Shown: piece by piece, positions 27,493 through 41,478 of the stretch
How positions within the stretch are numbered: position 1 is the first letter of the stretch
How the letters are laid out: each line of letters begins with the position of its first letter
DNA from: Polymyxa betae A26-41
Taxonomy: Eukaryota > Protista > Endomyxa: Phytomyxea
DNA: 64,000 nt
Assembly (NCBI GenBank): GCA_003693705.1
Contig: RBZT01000633.1
Coordinates: 62,001-126,000 of the forward strand
Direction of reading: 5' to 3'
Made by a program: the position numbers and the translations under genes
The notes under the pieces: generated by a model
What the model was told of the DNA's origin: nothing
Databases searched by the model: none
Seen by the model: only the letters and a program-made list of their open reading frames with translations

Positions 27493-29553
27493 ATGGCTGA
27501 TCCGTAATCACTGCAATTTTACTCTCTTTCCTAAGTTCCAGCACTATATATCTTTGCCCTCGCTATCGTTCTTAACATCTTTCGAAATCTTTGAAGTAAC
27601 ATTTTATTGAATGTTATTGTGGTCATTAGGGAAGTGATCAGAGACGATGAGAGCACACAAGGTTCTAACGCGTTTGGCCCCTTTTTGCGCTCGTTTATGT
27701 AGCTATAGACGATGAAGAAATTACCATAAAGCGAGTCGCTCAGCATCTTTGTGATTACTGTCGGAAAGACATCAGCCAACAGATTCGTATTAAATGTTGC
27801 CAATGCACCGATTTCGTTCTATGCGTCTTTTGCTTTGCTGATGGCGTCGAACTTAATATTGACGATCAAAACAGCCATGTGAAAACCCATCCGTACTCTA
27901 CTGAAATTTCTCTTTATTCTTTATTGATTGCCCTCGGTAGGTATCGGGTCATTGATCGCATCAATGCTCCAATATTCGATGAAGAATGGACTGCTGATGA
28001 TGAGGTGACTTTGCTTTCACAGTTCTAATACGCTTTTATTGACTTCGCTTTAGTTAATGTTATTGGAAGGCTTAGAGCGATATGGAATGGGTAACTGGCA
28101 AGAAATAACTAATCATATTGGATCGAAGAGCAAGAACAAATTGAAAATCGAACAGCATTACTGTGGCGTTTATCTGAATAGCAATATGAAACCACTTCCA
28201 GTATTATGAACATGTTTCTGCTATTCAGACCGTTGTTCACGTCTTCCAGGATCCCAATACGGTCTTAAACCCATCGCTGTATGGTAAAGATTCAACGAAT
28301 TACGGCTTGGTGACCACTGATGGAAATTCCATGACGCCCGATGTCACTATGCAATCGGCACCAACGAAACGAAAATTAACGGCAGATGCTCAAGCTGCTG
28401 GATACAGGTTATTAAACTTCTGCTGAATATATTTAGCGTTCTTATTTAGTGCTAGGGTGAAACGACGTGATTTTGATACCGAATTCGATAACAGTGCTGA
28501 AGAGCTTTTAAATGACTGCACTCTGTATGACTATAAAGACGATGCTGTCAAGCTACGATTGACATATAGGATGCTGGACGTTTTTAATCGAAAGGTTCGT
28601 ATCGTTTGAGGAGTTCGTTGTTTTATCATTCAAGCTCAAATTAGTTGGATGAGCGTGTTGAACGGAAGAAGTTCCTGATCGATCGGGGTTTGTTATGGGT
28701 TCGGTCGCATTCCAAGTATAAGCACAACAAAGAATTTAAAGCCTTCTATCAGCAAGCCAAAGTTTTCAGTCGTTTCTTCTCTTCTGAAGATGAGTTCACA
28801 GAGTGGGTGCTTTTCGAGCAGGCTTAGACGGATTTCTAATATCGTCTGTAGGTTTGTTGAAGATTTACACAAGCAGAAAATAATCGTTCGTGATGTAGCT
28901 GAATTGTGCGAACATCGTCGTAATGGTGAGCTCGATGTCCCTTTTTGTTGTGAGTGCGGCTTATCAGCTGGCTTCAGGTATTCGAAGCTTTCAAGAAGAG
29001 TTTGTATATAAGGAGCAGTCGGTTTTAAGAGAGGCTCTGGGATCCACAGCTGAATCACAAGACACAGATTGCAGCCCTACCCGGATTGCTGGTGGAAGCA
29101 GGTTTTTACCTGTCGTCGTTAATGATCTGTTGGTGTTGATTGTTCGTGCTAGAGCGGACTTGGCAGCATCTGTTGCAAACGATCTTCTAAGGCGACGTCC
29201 ATTCATTCCGGAAAATTGTATTGCTAGTCCTGATGGATTCGACATCTCGAACATGGAATGTGTCGAATTGTTGGATATGGAAGAGCGCGCGATTTGTACC
29301 AAATTTCATATGCTGCCGCGACATTTCAATATGCTAAAGCAAAAGTCAGACAGTGTACTACTTCTGGCTATTATTTGTAATGATTGTCTGATACAGAATT
29401 TGTTTGCAATCCTACGCTCAAGGTTACATCAATCTCAAAGATGCCATTCACGCTTGTGAACCTTTAGATCCCACTACCGTCACATCGCTCTATAATTTGT
29501 TTCTGAAGCGAGGCATCATCAATTCACAACCTGCAAGCGTACCGCCATCGTAA
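27493..29553 (+). CDS. ADA2: Transcriptional adaptor ADA2 (SAGA)
   Basis: ZZ finger CDYCRKDISQQIRIKCCQCTDFVLCVFCF, SANT WTADDE|LMLLEGLERYGMGNW, KRRDFDTEFDNSAE, LDERVERKKF, C-terminal SWIRM. Confidence 0.95.
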
Positions 29554-29698
29554 GGGAGACTGATTTTGTACTGCGGTTGATAATCAATAATGGCGTTCAG
29601 GATGATTTTCGCTGGTGATTCCTCAAGTCAGAAAAATTCACAACGTTATGGCAAGCCACCATTACCGAAGGCAAAGAAACCGAAAATCAAGAAGGAAA

Positions 29699-29836
29699 CC
29701 ATTGAACCTCAGACACCTATTTCTGGCCCATAATATTCAAATTGCAGTTCCTCTCCTACCATTGAACCTCAGGCACCTATTTCCGGCCCTTAATATTCAG
29801 AGGCTCTTTTCTATAAATCTATTGCAGTTCCTCTTC
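29699..29836. repeat. Degenerate tandem duplication, ~60-nt unit
   Basis: CCATTGAACCTCAG(A/G)CACCTATTTC(T/C)GGCCC(A/T)TAATATTCA...ATTGCAGTTCCTCT twice; second copy has an insertion. Confidence 0.85.
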
Positions 29837-30069
29837 TTTTGTTGCGAATCCTTTAATTCGTAACGGTTTCCGGCAATCGGCATGGTTTCGTACAGACAAG
29901 ACACATTGCACAGTTCTGCTTATGTTACCAATGCATTGCCTGGACTCAGTCACCCGCTTCAATGCTGCCTTGTCACTGGGGTCTCCTTCTCTCTATGTTA
30001 TGCTCCATTCATTCTTTTATTGAATAGCCGGTGGGGCACATGGCTTCGTTATTCCTACTGTAGTTAGAA

Positions 30070-30108
30070 GCGATGCCTATAGTTGGGCAGCGATGCCTAA
30101 AGTTGGGA
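30070..30108. repeat. Tandem duplication, 2 x 20 nt (AGCGATGCCTA(T/A)AGTTGGG)
   Basis: Visible adjacent copies upstream of the myosin. Confidence 0.8.
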
Positions 30109-30277
30109 GGTTTCCAGATCTAAATAGTGCCTGAAAGCAGATGGCTATGATCAGGTTTCAGAGAAATCAACAACTTTTAATTGAATGTCTTCGGGTACGT
30201 TCTTGCCGATCCGAAAATATCTCCTATTAGAGAAAACATTTCGGTAAGGCGGTAGTTGCTGGTGGGAGCGACGACCC

Positions 30278-33200
30278 ATGCAGGTCGATGACGAGTTCGC
30301 CGAAAAACTCGTGCACGGCGATGCAAACAAGCTCGCATCGCCTGAGCCGTTAATCGGCACTATTTATGTCCCAGATCTGTACCTTGTATATCGCCAGGCA
30401 CGAGGAGGGGCTTTTTGCCAAATTGCTTCTAACCAGCAATGTAGGTCGGTATCCTTAGCGTGAATGATGGGATCGCGACCACTCGATCTGGTGATGGGCG
30501 TATTGAGGCGTTTCCATTGAGCGATTGCCTGAATGTGCCAACGTACCCTGAATATGGTACGACCAACACAGTTCTTTCGAGGCATCGCTGAGCTCGATAC
30601 AGGATATAACGATATGATTGAGATGGAATCTTTGCATACCGCCTCGATTCTGTATAATTTGCGAATTCGTTTCGCGGCCGACATCATCTATACTTACATG
30701 GGCGGGATCCTGATCTCAGTAAACCCGTTTAAATATATTGACCTGTATTCGCAAGAAACTGTTGAGGCTTATATGGATCAAGGCATGCATAAAACGGCAC
30801 CACATATTTATGCCATATCCGATTCTGTATATCGAGCCATTCTTCGCCAGGAAGGCAATCAGGCGGTCGTGATCAGGTCTTCTTATATAACGCAATGCTT
30901 TTATGGAATTTGAAACATATTTGTTTGTTTTTCTCAACTCGTTGACTTTGAGAAGACTTCTCCGATATGTAGCTTGTTGAATAAGGACAGAATGTAATGT
31001 TACAACCCCCACAGTTCGGGTTTCATAGACAGTGATTTGGATTTTTTGTCAAAGCTGCGTCTTCGTGCTTCATCTCAGTTACTGTTTAGTGGTGAGAGTG
31101 GTGCTGGCAAGACTGAAGCCGCCAAAATCGTTTTGCAGTATGTGGCCGAGGCGGCGACCCGGATCCATCCTCCCGAAGGTGCGACAACGGATGCGGAGAT
31201 GTTTCCCGTCCATGAGCGAATTTTGGCGTCAAATCCCATCCTAGAAGCATTCGGGAACGCTAAAACAATTCGCAATCATAACTCGAGTCAGTGTCATCTT
31301 GATGGCGTCAAATACAGTCTGATCTTTCATTCAGGTCGATTTGGGAAGCTCCTGCAGGCCGAGTTCGGGCAATTTGGTGCACTGATAGGTGCTTCGTTTC
31401 AAACATGTAACTACATTTGCTGTGTTTTTCTATTCTGTTTTTAACGCCCTTGATTCAGTTTTGTTGGAGAAAGTAGGCGATTCGTGATTCCGCAGCCGCG
31501 TCTGATTTGGTTGTAGTCGCGGGTCACCAAGTTGAACGCCAACGAGCGAAACTTTCACGTTTTCTACTACCTTCTTGGCAGCATCGATAGCGGTGAACGC
31601 GGTATGCCATTTGCGCCGCCAACATTTCAGCGTCACGGCTGATGCAGTGCCTCAGAATTATGGCAGCTTGGTGAAGTCAGCAACTATCATTACCTGAACC
31701 AGGTCGTCGACCATGAAGCTGTTGGCGAAGATCGACCAATGGAGTTGGCTAGGCTCAAAGTGACACTGTCGCAATTCATCGCTCAACCTTTTTTTAATTT
31801 GCGACCATAGGCAGCGATGTCAATTGCGAATTTCTCTCCTGCTGAGCAGAATGCAATTCTTAATATTGTCGCCGCCGTCTTGTGGCTTGGAAATATGCAG
31901 TTTTCAAGTGAGGAAAACTGCCGAGTCGTCAGTCGCGACGGTTGGTCGACATTTGTTTTCACCCATTTTGTTCCATGACGCACGATCGCAGTTTTAAATT
32001 GGGTGGCGTATCTGCTTGGTTTCGATGCATCTCAATTAGAGCGTGGATTAACAATCCGAACGAATATCATTAAAGGTCAATCTTGGTGTTTGAAGATTCT
32101 ATCGGTATTAAGCGTTGCCTGCAGGTGAGAAATTCGTCGTACCACTGGATGAGTCTCAGGCGACGGATACGCGGGATACGTTAGCGCAGCATATCTACGC
32201 TAAGACATTCGATTGGATTGTTGCCAAACTCAACGTTTCGGTGCGTTAACTAAAGTTTTCCAGGAATATTTGCTTTTCTTTCTATGAGATTTACCCGCCC
32301 CTTTGTTCAGCCTTTTGCTAACTGATAAGAGTTTTTGTTGGATTATTGATTGTATTTGAATCAGCTTCAAAGCGCCCAAGGTCATGACAGCATTATCGCC
32401 CTGCTGGATGTGTTCGGCTTCGAAATCTTTGAGCATAATTCCTTCGAACAGATTTGCATCAATTACGCCAATGAACGCCTACAAATGCAGTTCAACGATT
32501 ATGTTTTTCGCCTGGAGCAGCAGGAGTATGCCCTAGAGGGCATCACAATTTCTGACATCAAATTCACCGACAATCAAGGCTGTATTGATCTGATTGAAAA
32601 GGTTGTTTACTGGCATTATGCTTCGATATCTCTGACTTGTTACTCAGGGGCCGGTTGGCCTGCTTTGGCTCATTAACGAAGAAGCGCATTTTCCAAAAGG
32701 CACTGATCAGACGCTTTTGCAGAAAATACAGAGCAATCATTCATCATCGGCTTTTTTCGAGCCCGATAAATTCAATGGCGCGTCGTTCTTCATAAATCAT
32801 TTCGCCGGCAAAGTGAAATATGAAGTCACTGGATTTTTGGCTAAAAATCGCGAACGGTTCACGAAAGACTTAATTGAATTGATCGCTGACAGCACCAATA
32901 CTTTCCTGGGTGAAACATTTGCGAAGGTTCTATCTGATTTGAAAGTCGTCGAAGATGGCAAAAAGCAGAAAACAGCGACAAAATCAACGTTGGCGCTTGA
33001 ATTTCGCCGCAGCTTGGTAGAGCTGTGCGACAATCTGGCGTCCTGTCAATCAAATTTTATCCGCTGCATTAAATCGAATGATGGATGCCGGCCAAACGAT
33101 TTCGATAACGTTCTTGTCAATCGTCAGCTAAGGCATGTTACCGAATGCTACTTTAGATATATAATTAACATCGATTAGATACATTGGGGCGCTTGAAACC

Positions 33201-36200
33201 ATCCGGATTCGTCAAGAGGGCTTTGCGCAACGTCGCTCAAAAGGTAGTTTATGTACGTTGTTAGATCACCAACATTTTGCTGAAGTTTTCGAAGAGAATT
33301 TTTTGGATCGGTACTGGTGTGTTGTGCCGCTACATCTTCGTGGGAAAACTCCTGATCTTGGAATTATTCTCCAACAATTATCGGCTACCGACAAAGAAGG
33401 AATCGTTGAAGGTGCCACGAAAATTTTCATCAAGTCGGAGATTTTTGAACTACTCGAACGAAAGCGTTTCGAGACTACGGTTAGTCGTGGCAAATCTTGT
33501 TTTCACTGAAGTTAACCAAGGCATAGGCAAATGCTGCTGTTTACATCCAGACTCGTGTCCGGTCTTGGCTAATGCAGCGACAATATCGACGCTTGCGATC
33601 AGCTATCCAGACCGTACAGGCTGCACTTGCCGTGTATATTTGCCAAAACGATTGCCGGAGGGAGATTGCAACTGCATTGGAGAACATCTCAAGTGCATCC
33701 TCAATCGAGTCGCTGCGTCTATGCATCAAGGTGAAGCTGATTGAAACCGATTGAACTTTGAAAAGACTGCTTTCAGCACTTGGCAGTCGCTGGAGTTAAA
33801 AATCGCTGACTAAATTGCAGAAGAGCCACCGGGCAGTAGATTTCGTAATCGATTCAGATGGAATCGACCGAATTGTCGGCGCATTGCTAGCAGCACGATC
33901 GCCAGTGCAACGCGGCGATCTTATTTCGCTATTATCGCTGCTGATGAACGACTTTTATAGCGCTAATCTGATCGCGTCCAGGTGGTGACACCGCTTTTTT
34001 CTTGTCTGTGTGCTGAGTCTTTAGCAGGCATGACTATGATCCGATCTTGGAACACATGAACCGGGTGCCGGCTGGAATACTTTTATTACAGAGACTTGTG
34101 GAATTCCTGCCGAACATCGCACGGATTGCTAGTTCGAAGACGAATGCCGCTAACTCCTCTGTGTAAGTTGGCGCTTTCGGTTTGATACATTATTTGAATG
34201 GGCTTCAGATTGGCAACGGTTCTTGAAAAGGGCGGAAAGGGAGCGGCAGTTGCATTCGGGCGCGACGCCAAGCTGATTTTTGATCTGGTCGCCGAGCTTA
34301 ATGGTGCTAAATTTGCAGCCCACAGCGTATATTTGTTACATTGCCTCGCGAAGCTCGCAGACATCAAGAACAATCATCAGGTCTGCCAGACCATGCGTTC
34401 CGGAATTTGAGGTTCATTATGAGTAGGCGCTGTTGAACGCTGGAGTGATTGAAGCCGTACTGGGTGCTTGGGGTGACAATCAGCAATACGGTGAAATCGC
34501 CTGCACGCTGTTGGAACGCCTCAGCACCGTTATCCCAGCCTCGCTAATTCCGAGCTTGGCTCTGGTTGCAGAACAGCGTCCCCAATTCGCACCCAAACTG
34601 CTTCGCATTATCTCTGAACTGATCCAACGAGACCCTGGCACTCAAATCGATCGGCAAACCATAATTAGAGGGGTCACCACTTTCTCCGACCCAGGTAATT
34701 TACTGCATCATGACGATTGGACTTTAGTCTGATACTTGCAGAATCGTTGCGATCATTGCTCGCAATTATATCGACATCGTATGAATCCCGGATCGATGAC
34801 GAGTTGATGCAAGTCGCAATCTCCTCAGCGCTACGTGTGCTAACAGATTTTATCAACTCGAAAGCAGCAGTCGCCGCAGCCTTAAACAGTCTGCTTTTCT
34901 TCGTAAGTTTCCGTTTCGCATATCCATCAAGCTTTCGATCTGAACTGGAGCTTCTAGCTGGGCAACGATTCCAACCACACCTTTCGGTTGCTCTCTGAAA
35001 ACAACGCCCTCGGACCGCTCTGCTCCTGCGTTGCGTTTCATCACGGCGACGGTGATATCATTCCTAAAGCTCTCCGCCTCGCAGAATCGATGATGAGCGC
35101 TGATGATATCGCCGACAACATACATGAGATTTCGGACGCTCTGCTGTCAGGTGCCGAATTTGATCGCTCCGTTCGCGTTATCGCTACCGCCTCTTACCTC
35201 GAAGGCCATGTTGATAATTTGATTTCCGCTAATGCCGTTTCAGTAATGCTGTCCATTCTACAACAGTACCCTCGAAGAATAGATGCTTGTCTTAACGCCA
35301 TTCGGTGCTTAACCAACCTGTCAAGGTTCTCTGAAGCGGCTCGTAAACAAATGGTAACACCGCGTTGCTTTGTCAGTAGACTTTTCAAGCATGTTTTTCT
35401 CCAACTTAGCTCATTTGTCGCATATTACCAATGTCGGTTTTATTTAGGAACATTTGAACGGAACTGGAATTATTAGGAATGCCGTTCACTTCTCGCCAGC
35501 CCTTCTCGAGGCATACTTCGATTTTCTCGGTACGCTTTGTTTCATCGGATTCGATACCAATTTCAAAATATTGGCCTTCAGAATTCAATCATGTACCAAT
35601 GGCCAGTGTTTTCGCAATGCCTGGCATTATTGAGCAAATCACGAGGAATCCGGCAACAGCGAGCGCTGCGATTCGGGCTATTCTGCGATACAATTGCGCT
35701 GATATCTCTGGGGTGACGCAGGCTATTCTAGCTGCGATTCCACATCTCGACCAGGGCCAAATTGCTGATGTCCTACAATTCATTGAGGTGTGATATCATA
35801 TAATTCACTTTCGATTCGCTGATTACATTCAGTTGCATGGTGACGCTATCGATCACGAGCTCACGACGGAGATTCTCAACGTGCTACTGAACATGCGTTC
35901 CAAGGCGTCATTGCAAGATATGGCATTCCTAAAGTTTGTTCATCGGTCAATTCGCGCGACAGCATTTGGAGATGTGCAGCTGAAGTCCATTTGGAATCAG
36001 GTTCTGAAAGGCAGTGTGTCGAAAATCCTTATTTTTAAATTAATTGCAGATGGTTGCCTTGTTACCAAAGTTGAATTCTCAAGAAGCATCTATGACACTC
36101 ATGATTCTTAGTGAATTGTGTGATCAATCAGCTGAGTTTCTTATTTTCAATCCGAAACGGAAAGGAAAATTGCAAGCTCCTCTTGCAAATCATCCATCTT

Positions 36201-39200
36201 CGTCGCTGATTTCTGTGAGCTAAATTGCATTCTGATTTTTATGTTAATATGGCATTTGTGCCATTCCGCTGGCATTGGCACTAATTGACTTTTCAGTCGT
36301 GCCTACAGCAAATCGCCGATACAGCTGTGGATCTTCTGACTCTTCTGGCCAGCTCTTCTGCACCGAGAAAAAGGCACGTTTTGATGGCCCAGGATGCTTC
36401 CTGTAATCATATAACGGAACCTGCTTCGATTTTGTCTTCGATTGCTCAATCTGATGCCGTCCTGTTTGCTCAAATCCAAGGGATGGCATCATTTGATTCA
36501 GCGATCGCCTCAGCGCTAAAGGTCTATAACGGCTCTTTCTTTGCCGAAAATGTAATTCTGAACCAGCACAGGCGTTAGCGATTGGCGAAGGAACTGTTGC
36601 GCATCAGAAAGCTCTTGATTCGCTCGGCCCTCTATTGACATCATCGATATTGATGAGTGACGTAATAGATTGTCTGGATAGATTTCCAAATTATGATCAA
36701 TTTATGTCATGTGCAATTCCTGTTCTGACGGATAATATTCGAGCACATTCAAAGAAGTTCGCCGACCCTGGATTGGACTCGAGGATTCTATCAAGTCTCG
36801 CTAATATTTTGTTCAACAATTTCGTATGAGGGGTTTGCTCGACAAGTTTTGGATATTGATCTGACTTTCGCAGCCTTCAGATCATGTGATAGATCAGACG
36901 TTGCAGCTGTGCGAAGCGTTTCTAATCGCTCCTGACGCTGATTCTCTGTACATCGCCCCGTTATTAACAATTCTGATATTCAAAGCTGTTACCAGGTTGG
37001 CTGATGAAAGACTTACTCAGTGTGTACTCACCGGAACCAAACGTCTCGGGATGTGGCATGGCGATGTTCTTCGAGCATATTTCATGATTGGAAATGTAAT
37101 TGAAGCACTGCCAGTCGATCAGCTGTCTACTATGAGCAACGCATTGTTGTCGTTCGTCGCAGAAGGGATGCTTCTGCATTCCGATTCCGTTGTAATTCAA
37201 TTAAATGGCCTCGATCTGTTGCGAATCATTGTCAGTAAAGCTGCAAATCCCATCACTTTGGTCACCAATGCGATGCTGCATTATGCTCTTGACAATGCTG
37301 TCGAATACCACATCATGGACAGCGATGTTTGCACGAAAGGTAAATAGTCGATCATTGACACTGTTTAATTGAGAATATCCTATCAGCTCTGGAAATTGCT
37401 TCTATTTGTAAACACATTGGCCAGTATCAAGTTTTGCAGCAGCAAATTAGCGAACATGATGCGTTTCTTTTAATGAGCTTGCCACGTGTCGCACGACAGA
37501 AACGCGATTACGGTCGCGTTCTGGAACAGTTGCCCAGCCAGAATGATGATCATAAACTCGAATTCCTTATGTCGGCTTTACGCCTGCATGGTCATAACAA
37601 AACTGTAGCGAAGCTGCTCCTTGATATGTATATTAAATTTTCTAGGATCTCGCGAAAAATTGAACTTCTTGTGTGTCAGGTTGGACGGAGCCGATCCTGC
37701 ACAAATCCTTCCAATAGAAGATGATCTGACGTACGATCTGTTGAGTAACTTTCGTAATTCGTTCTGACAATGAGAATAGATTGTTTGTCTTGCAGAGCTG
37801 GGCCGGTGACGAGGAACTTACTGGACCTGGACGTCACATCCTGGCCCGGATCACTGCTCATCGACAGAATACAGAAGATCAAGTATGGGCAGCTGTTTAA
37901 CACTCTACTTTGTGTGGTAACTTTTGCTTTAGGCTCTCAAACAAACTCTTTTGGATCATGATGCTATTTTCTTGATCAATTCCATGAAGTCTTCTCCGAC
38001 CAACAAACGTCTTGTAACTGTAGCGTTGAGAATGTAACGATTTGATCGGCCTTTTTAAATGTTCGCTTAATGGAATGTTGGCGCAGACTTAACGAAGCTA
38101 ACGATGATTATTTAAATGCTGCCGATATAGAAAATGAACTCTCGTACGTCAGCATGATTGAGCAACACCTGGTTTCTGAATCGGGTTTGACCGGACAGGT
38201 TTCTGATTCGATCACATTGGAATAATGATCAGGAATTACAATCTTTGGGCAACCACGTACTGGCGAAAATTCGGGTATGATGTTTCCGGTGAGAGTGAAC
38301 TTTGTGTCTTTGCTAATTCATAATAGGACTTGGATCAAATCATTCTAGAGCCGATTGGATTTGCTGACACTCAGGTTGAATCGAGGACAGTAACTGCATT
38401 CGTGCTGATCATGCCCATAGGAATCTGTGAAATCATTGATCAACGATATCAAAGACGCCGAGGAAGACAGTTTATGCGATTCCGATGCTAAGGTTCTACT
38501 TCGTTTATTGCAGGCCCTCAATCGGTATATTTAGCTAGCATTGCTGCGCTCATGATTTTAATGCTTCTTCTAAGGTACCCAGATGATGTTGAAATGAGCA
38601 GTGATATCGCACAAGGAATATGGCGCCTGAGTAGCGTAAGAATGTCGCGAGATAAGAAGAATGTTAGATATCACCAGCGTTTATGTAAATCAGTGAACTG
38701 ACTGGATCAAGGTTTGGAGAGGAACAGGAATCGTTATAATTATTCGCGCTCTGAGTGTCCATATATTTTCTCCGACAGTGCTCTTATGGTGATTGTTCAC
38801 CGCGCTGCTGAGAATCCTTTCTGATTGTCCTATAAAGGCTCTGCCAGATTTTGAGTCTGCTTAGTGAAGATGAACACTTGAAGTCGCTAATTGGCATCCA
38901 TAGTGGGATTCCTGCCGTCTTCAAAGTCCTGCGCCAATATTTCAACCCGGATCCAGATACAAGTGACCTGCAGAATGCCTGCGCGGAAACAATCGCCTTG
39001 GTATCGCATCATAACCCTGCTAATGTAGCAGAGATTGTTCAGGGTAAACGAAACGTTGTGCAACTAAGCTAATGCATATTCATTTCGTATTGTAGATGGC
39101 GGTATTGCCCTGATGATCTCGCTGATAGACTATGAAAGTGTCGGATCCGAGTTGTTGGTCAATATCTTAGTGATTTTGACAAATGTGGCACAAGTCAGTA

Positions 39201-41201
39201 ACGGCAACAAGGTGAAAATTGTTGAGCAAGGTGGCGCTCGTGTCGTAGCGCTAGCGCTGACTTCATCAGAAACGAGCGCCGATATCATCGCCATCCAGGT
39301 AATTTGACTTGTTTTAACCCTGCAGATGGTTTATTCGAGTTCAGATCACAATGCGATGCATTGCTTCGCTAGCTATGGTATCTCAGAACGCTGATAAACT
39401 CGTCGAGGATAACGTCGTTAAAATTATTGCCACGGTTTCCAAAACCCACATAGAAAACACTCAAGTCTCAGAACAGGTTTGATGCCTTGTTTCAGCAATG
39501 TCGCCATCTTAACACCGAATTCTAGGCTGCGCAAACTATGCAAAACCTGTCTGGATGCAGCGATAAATCGAAAGAATCGATTGTCCGACAGAAAGGTGTT
39601 CACACGATTCTGTCGTTATGGGATGCGCACTATACCAACATTGTGATTGTGAACTCATGCTTAACCTGTTTGCATCAGTTATGCTCTACAATGCAATCGA
39701 GTGCCATTCCGGCCTTAATCTGCAAGCTCGGTTAGCAAAAGAAGCTCAGCAACAGGACATATTTGAACATGTAACAGGTGGTCTTGACATGCTTCTAAAG
39801 CAGAGTGAATCATTGCTGAACAAGGAGACCCTATTCGCTGTATCAGTGCAGCTACTTGCCGATCTGGCTTTTAATGAACAGATCTGCAATGTGCTGGTAG
39901 ACAGATCGATTGTGAAACGAGTAATCCAGGCGGCCGATAAACACGCCTTTGACATGAACATCGTCAAATCTGTTCTAAGGCTGATCATCATTCTGGCCAA
40001 CGCATCCGAAGAATTGTGCATTGATGTAAATAATCAACTCCATTTCAACCTTTGTCTGACTATTTGTGCTAGGTAGCCAAACAAGGGGCGATGGAATGGC
40101 CCAAATTAATGATGTCAACTCGACCAGATTCAGTAGATCTCTGGTCAGAATGTATGCTTTGCTGGACAGCATTAGCAGGTCACGATGTGCTAAGCATTCA
40201 AACCGAATATAACCATGTTCTACAGGAGCAGCACAGAACATTCTTATCGCACTGCCATTCATTGAGTCAGTCAACGTCGGCTTAGAACGGTTCAAGCACA
40301 ACGTGAATTTTGTAAAATGTGGCGCAACGCTATGGTCGCGGCTATCCATGTATCCAGTTGGGATCAAGTTGATGATAGAGCAAAAATGCATTGCCACGAT
40401 CTTGCTAACACTAGCCGAACATTCCGATGTTGCATTCGTTATTGAGAAGTTAGTAAGAACTCTTACGAACATGGTATCACTGGTTTTAGTATGGAGCTTC
40501 AAGAAATCAAATTCGTCTTGGTTAGGTTACGATTGATATGTCATCATATTCGATTCTGATCCGTGAACGGGCCCCGAAACTGATCAAAGAACTTGTCAAT
40601 CGTCATTCGGGGAATAAAGTCACCGTTAAAGTTTGTCAAAAGTTCCTGAGTCGTATGGACGAGCTGGCTGCCATGGACGCTCATATTGGAAGCGTTCGCG
40701 ATCGTGTTCCTAAAGACATGCTTAACATGATCACCGGTAATCAGATGGTACATGGGTTATTGTTTGAGATTGACTTTGATAATAGCCGGTTCCATATTCC
40801 GAAAAATGCCCAAAGGCAACCGTCGAATCGTTTCGGTTTCAGAAGATTGCCAGTATCTAATTTGGCAAGATCCGAAAACATCACAGACCAAGTCGCTGGG
40901 TTTCTGTCATGTCAGCGAAGTCAGGTAAGACACATAAAAATGCATCAGCAAACTACTGCATTAAATACATGGAACCCATAGGCCCGGGGCCTGTACGGCA
41001 GAATTACAGCACAAACCGTTGGTTGGTCGACCAGCGGACCCATCGGCCAGTTTTGCCATCTTCAGCAGACGGCAGAAAAATCCGTTGTCGTTAGAGGCAC
41101 AGAGCCCGGAAGTAGCTCGAGCTTGGCTGGTCGCTCTGGAGCTGCTGCAAACTCTGAACCATCGAGGCAATGCCAAAGAGGCGTTTGACAGCAGTAAATA
41201 G
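30278..41201 (+). CDS. Giant unconventional myosin: motor + IQ + long ARM-like tail + C-terminal PH domain
   Basis: Motor motifs [64 protein letters not shown]; [12 protein letters not shown]; many ARM-like helical exons; PH ending [27 protein letters not shown]. No intergenic gap seen between motor and tail. Confidence 0.85.
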
Positions 41202-41478
41202 AAGATCTGAGGTGCCTGATAACAATAATAAGCTTTCAAGATAAAAGCAAATTTAAAGAATGAACACTGTCAAATCAATCAGCATCGTAGATCATTTAGA
41301 GCAATGACTTTTGAGACATTGTGAGCGGTTACCGGTACATACAGTACAGTGCGTGGATAAAAGTCGTGTCGCACTTTTTTCATCATCAAATCAGACTGTG
41401 GAAAATGGTGCGCAGTTAATACTGCGCACCGTGGAATCTGGATGCTTGGAATCAGTCCTGAGAAGGAAACAGGTGAGC

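Noticed and set aside
30992-31006. 15-mer ATGTAATGTTACAAC also at about 63508
   Set aside because: A 15-nt match is expected by chance in 64 kb.
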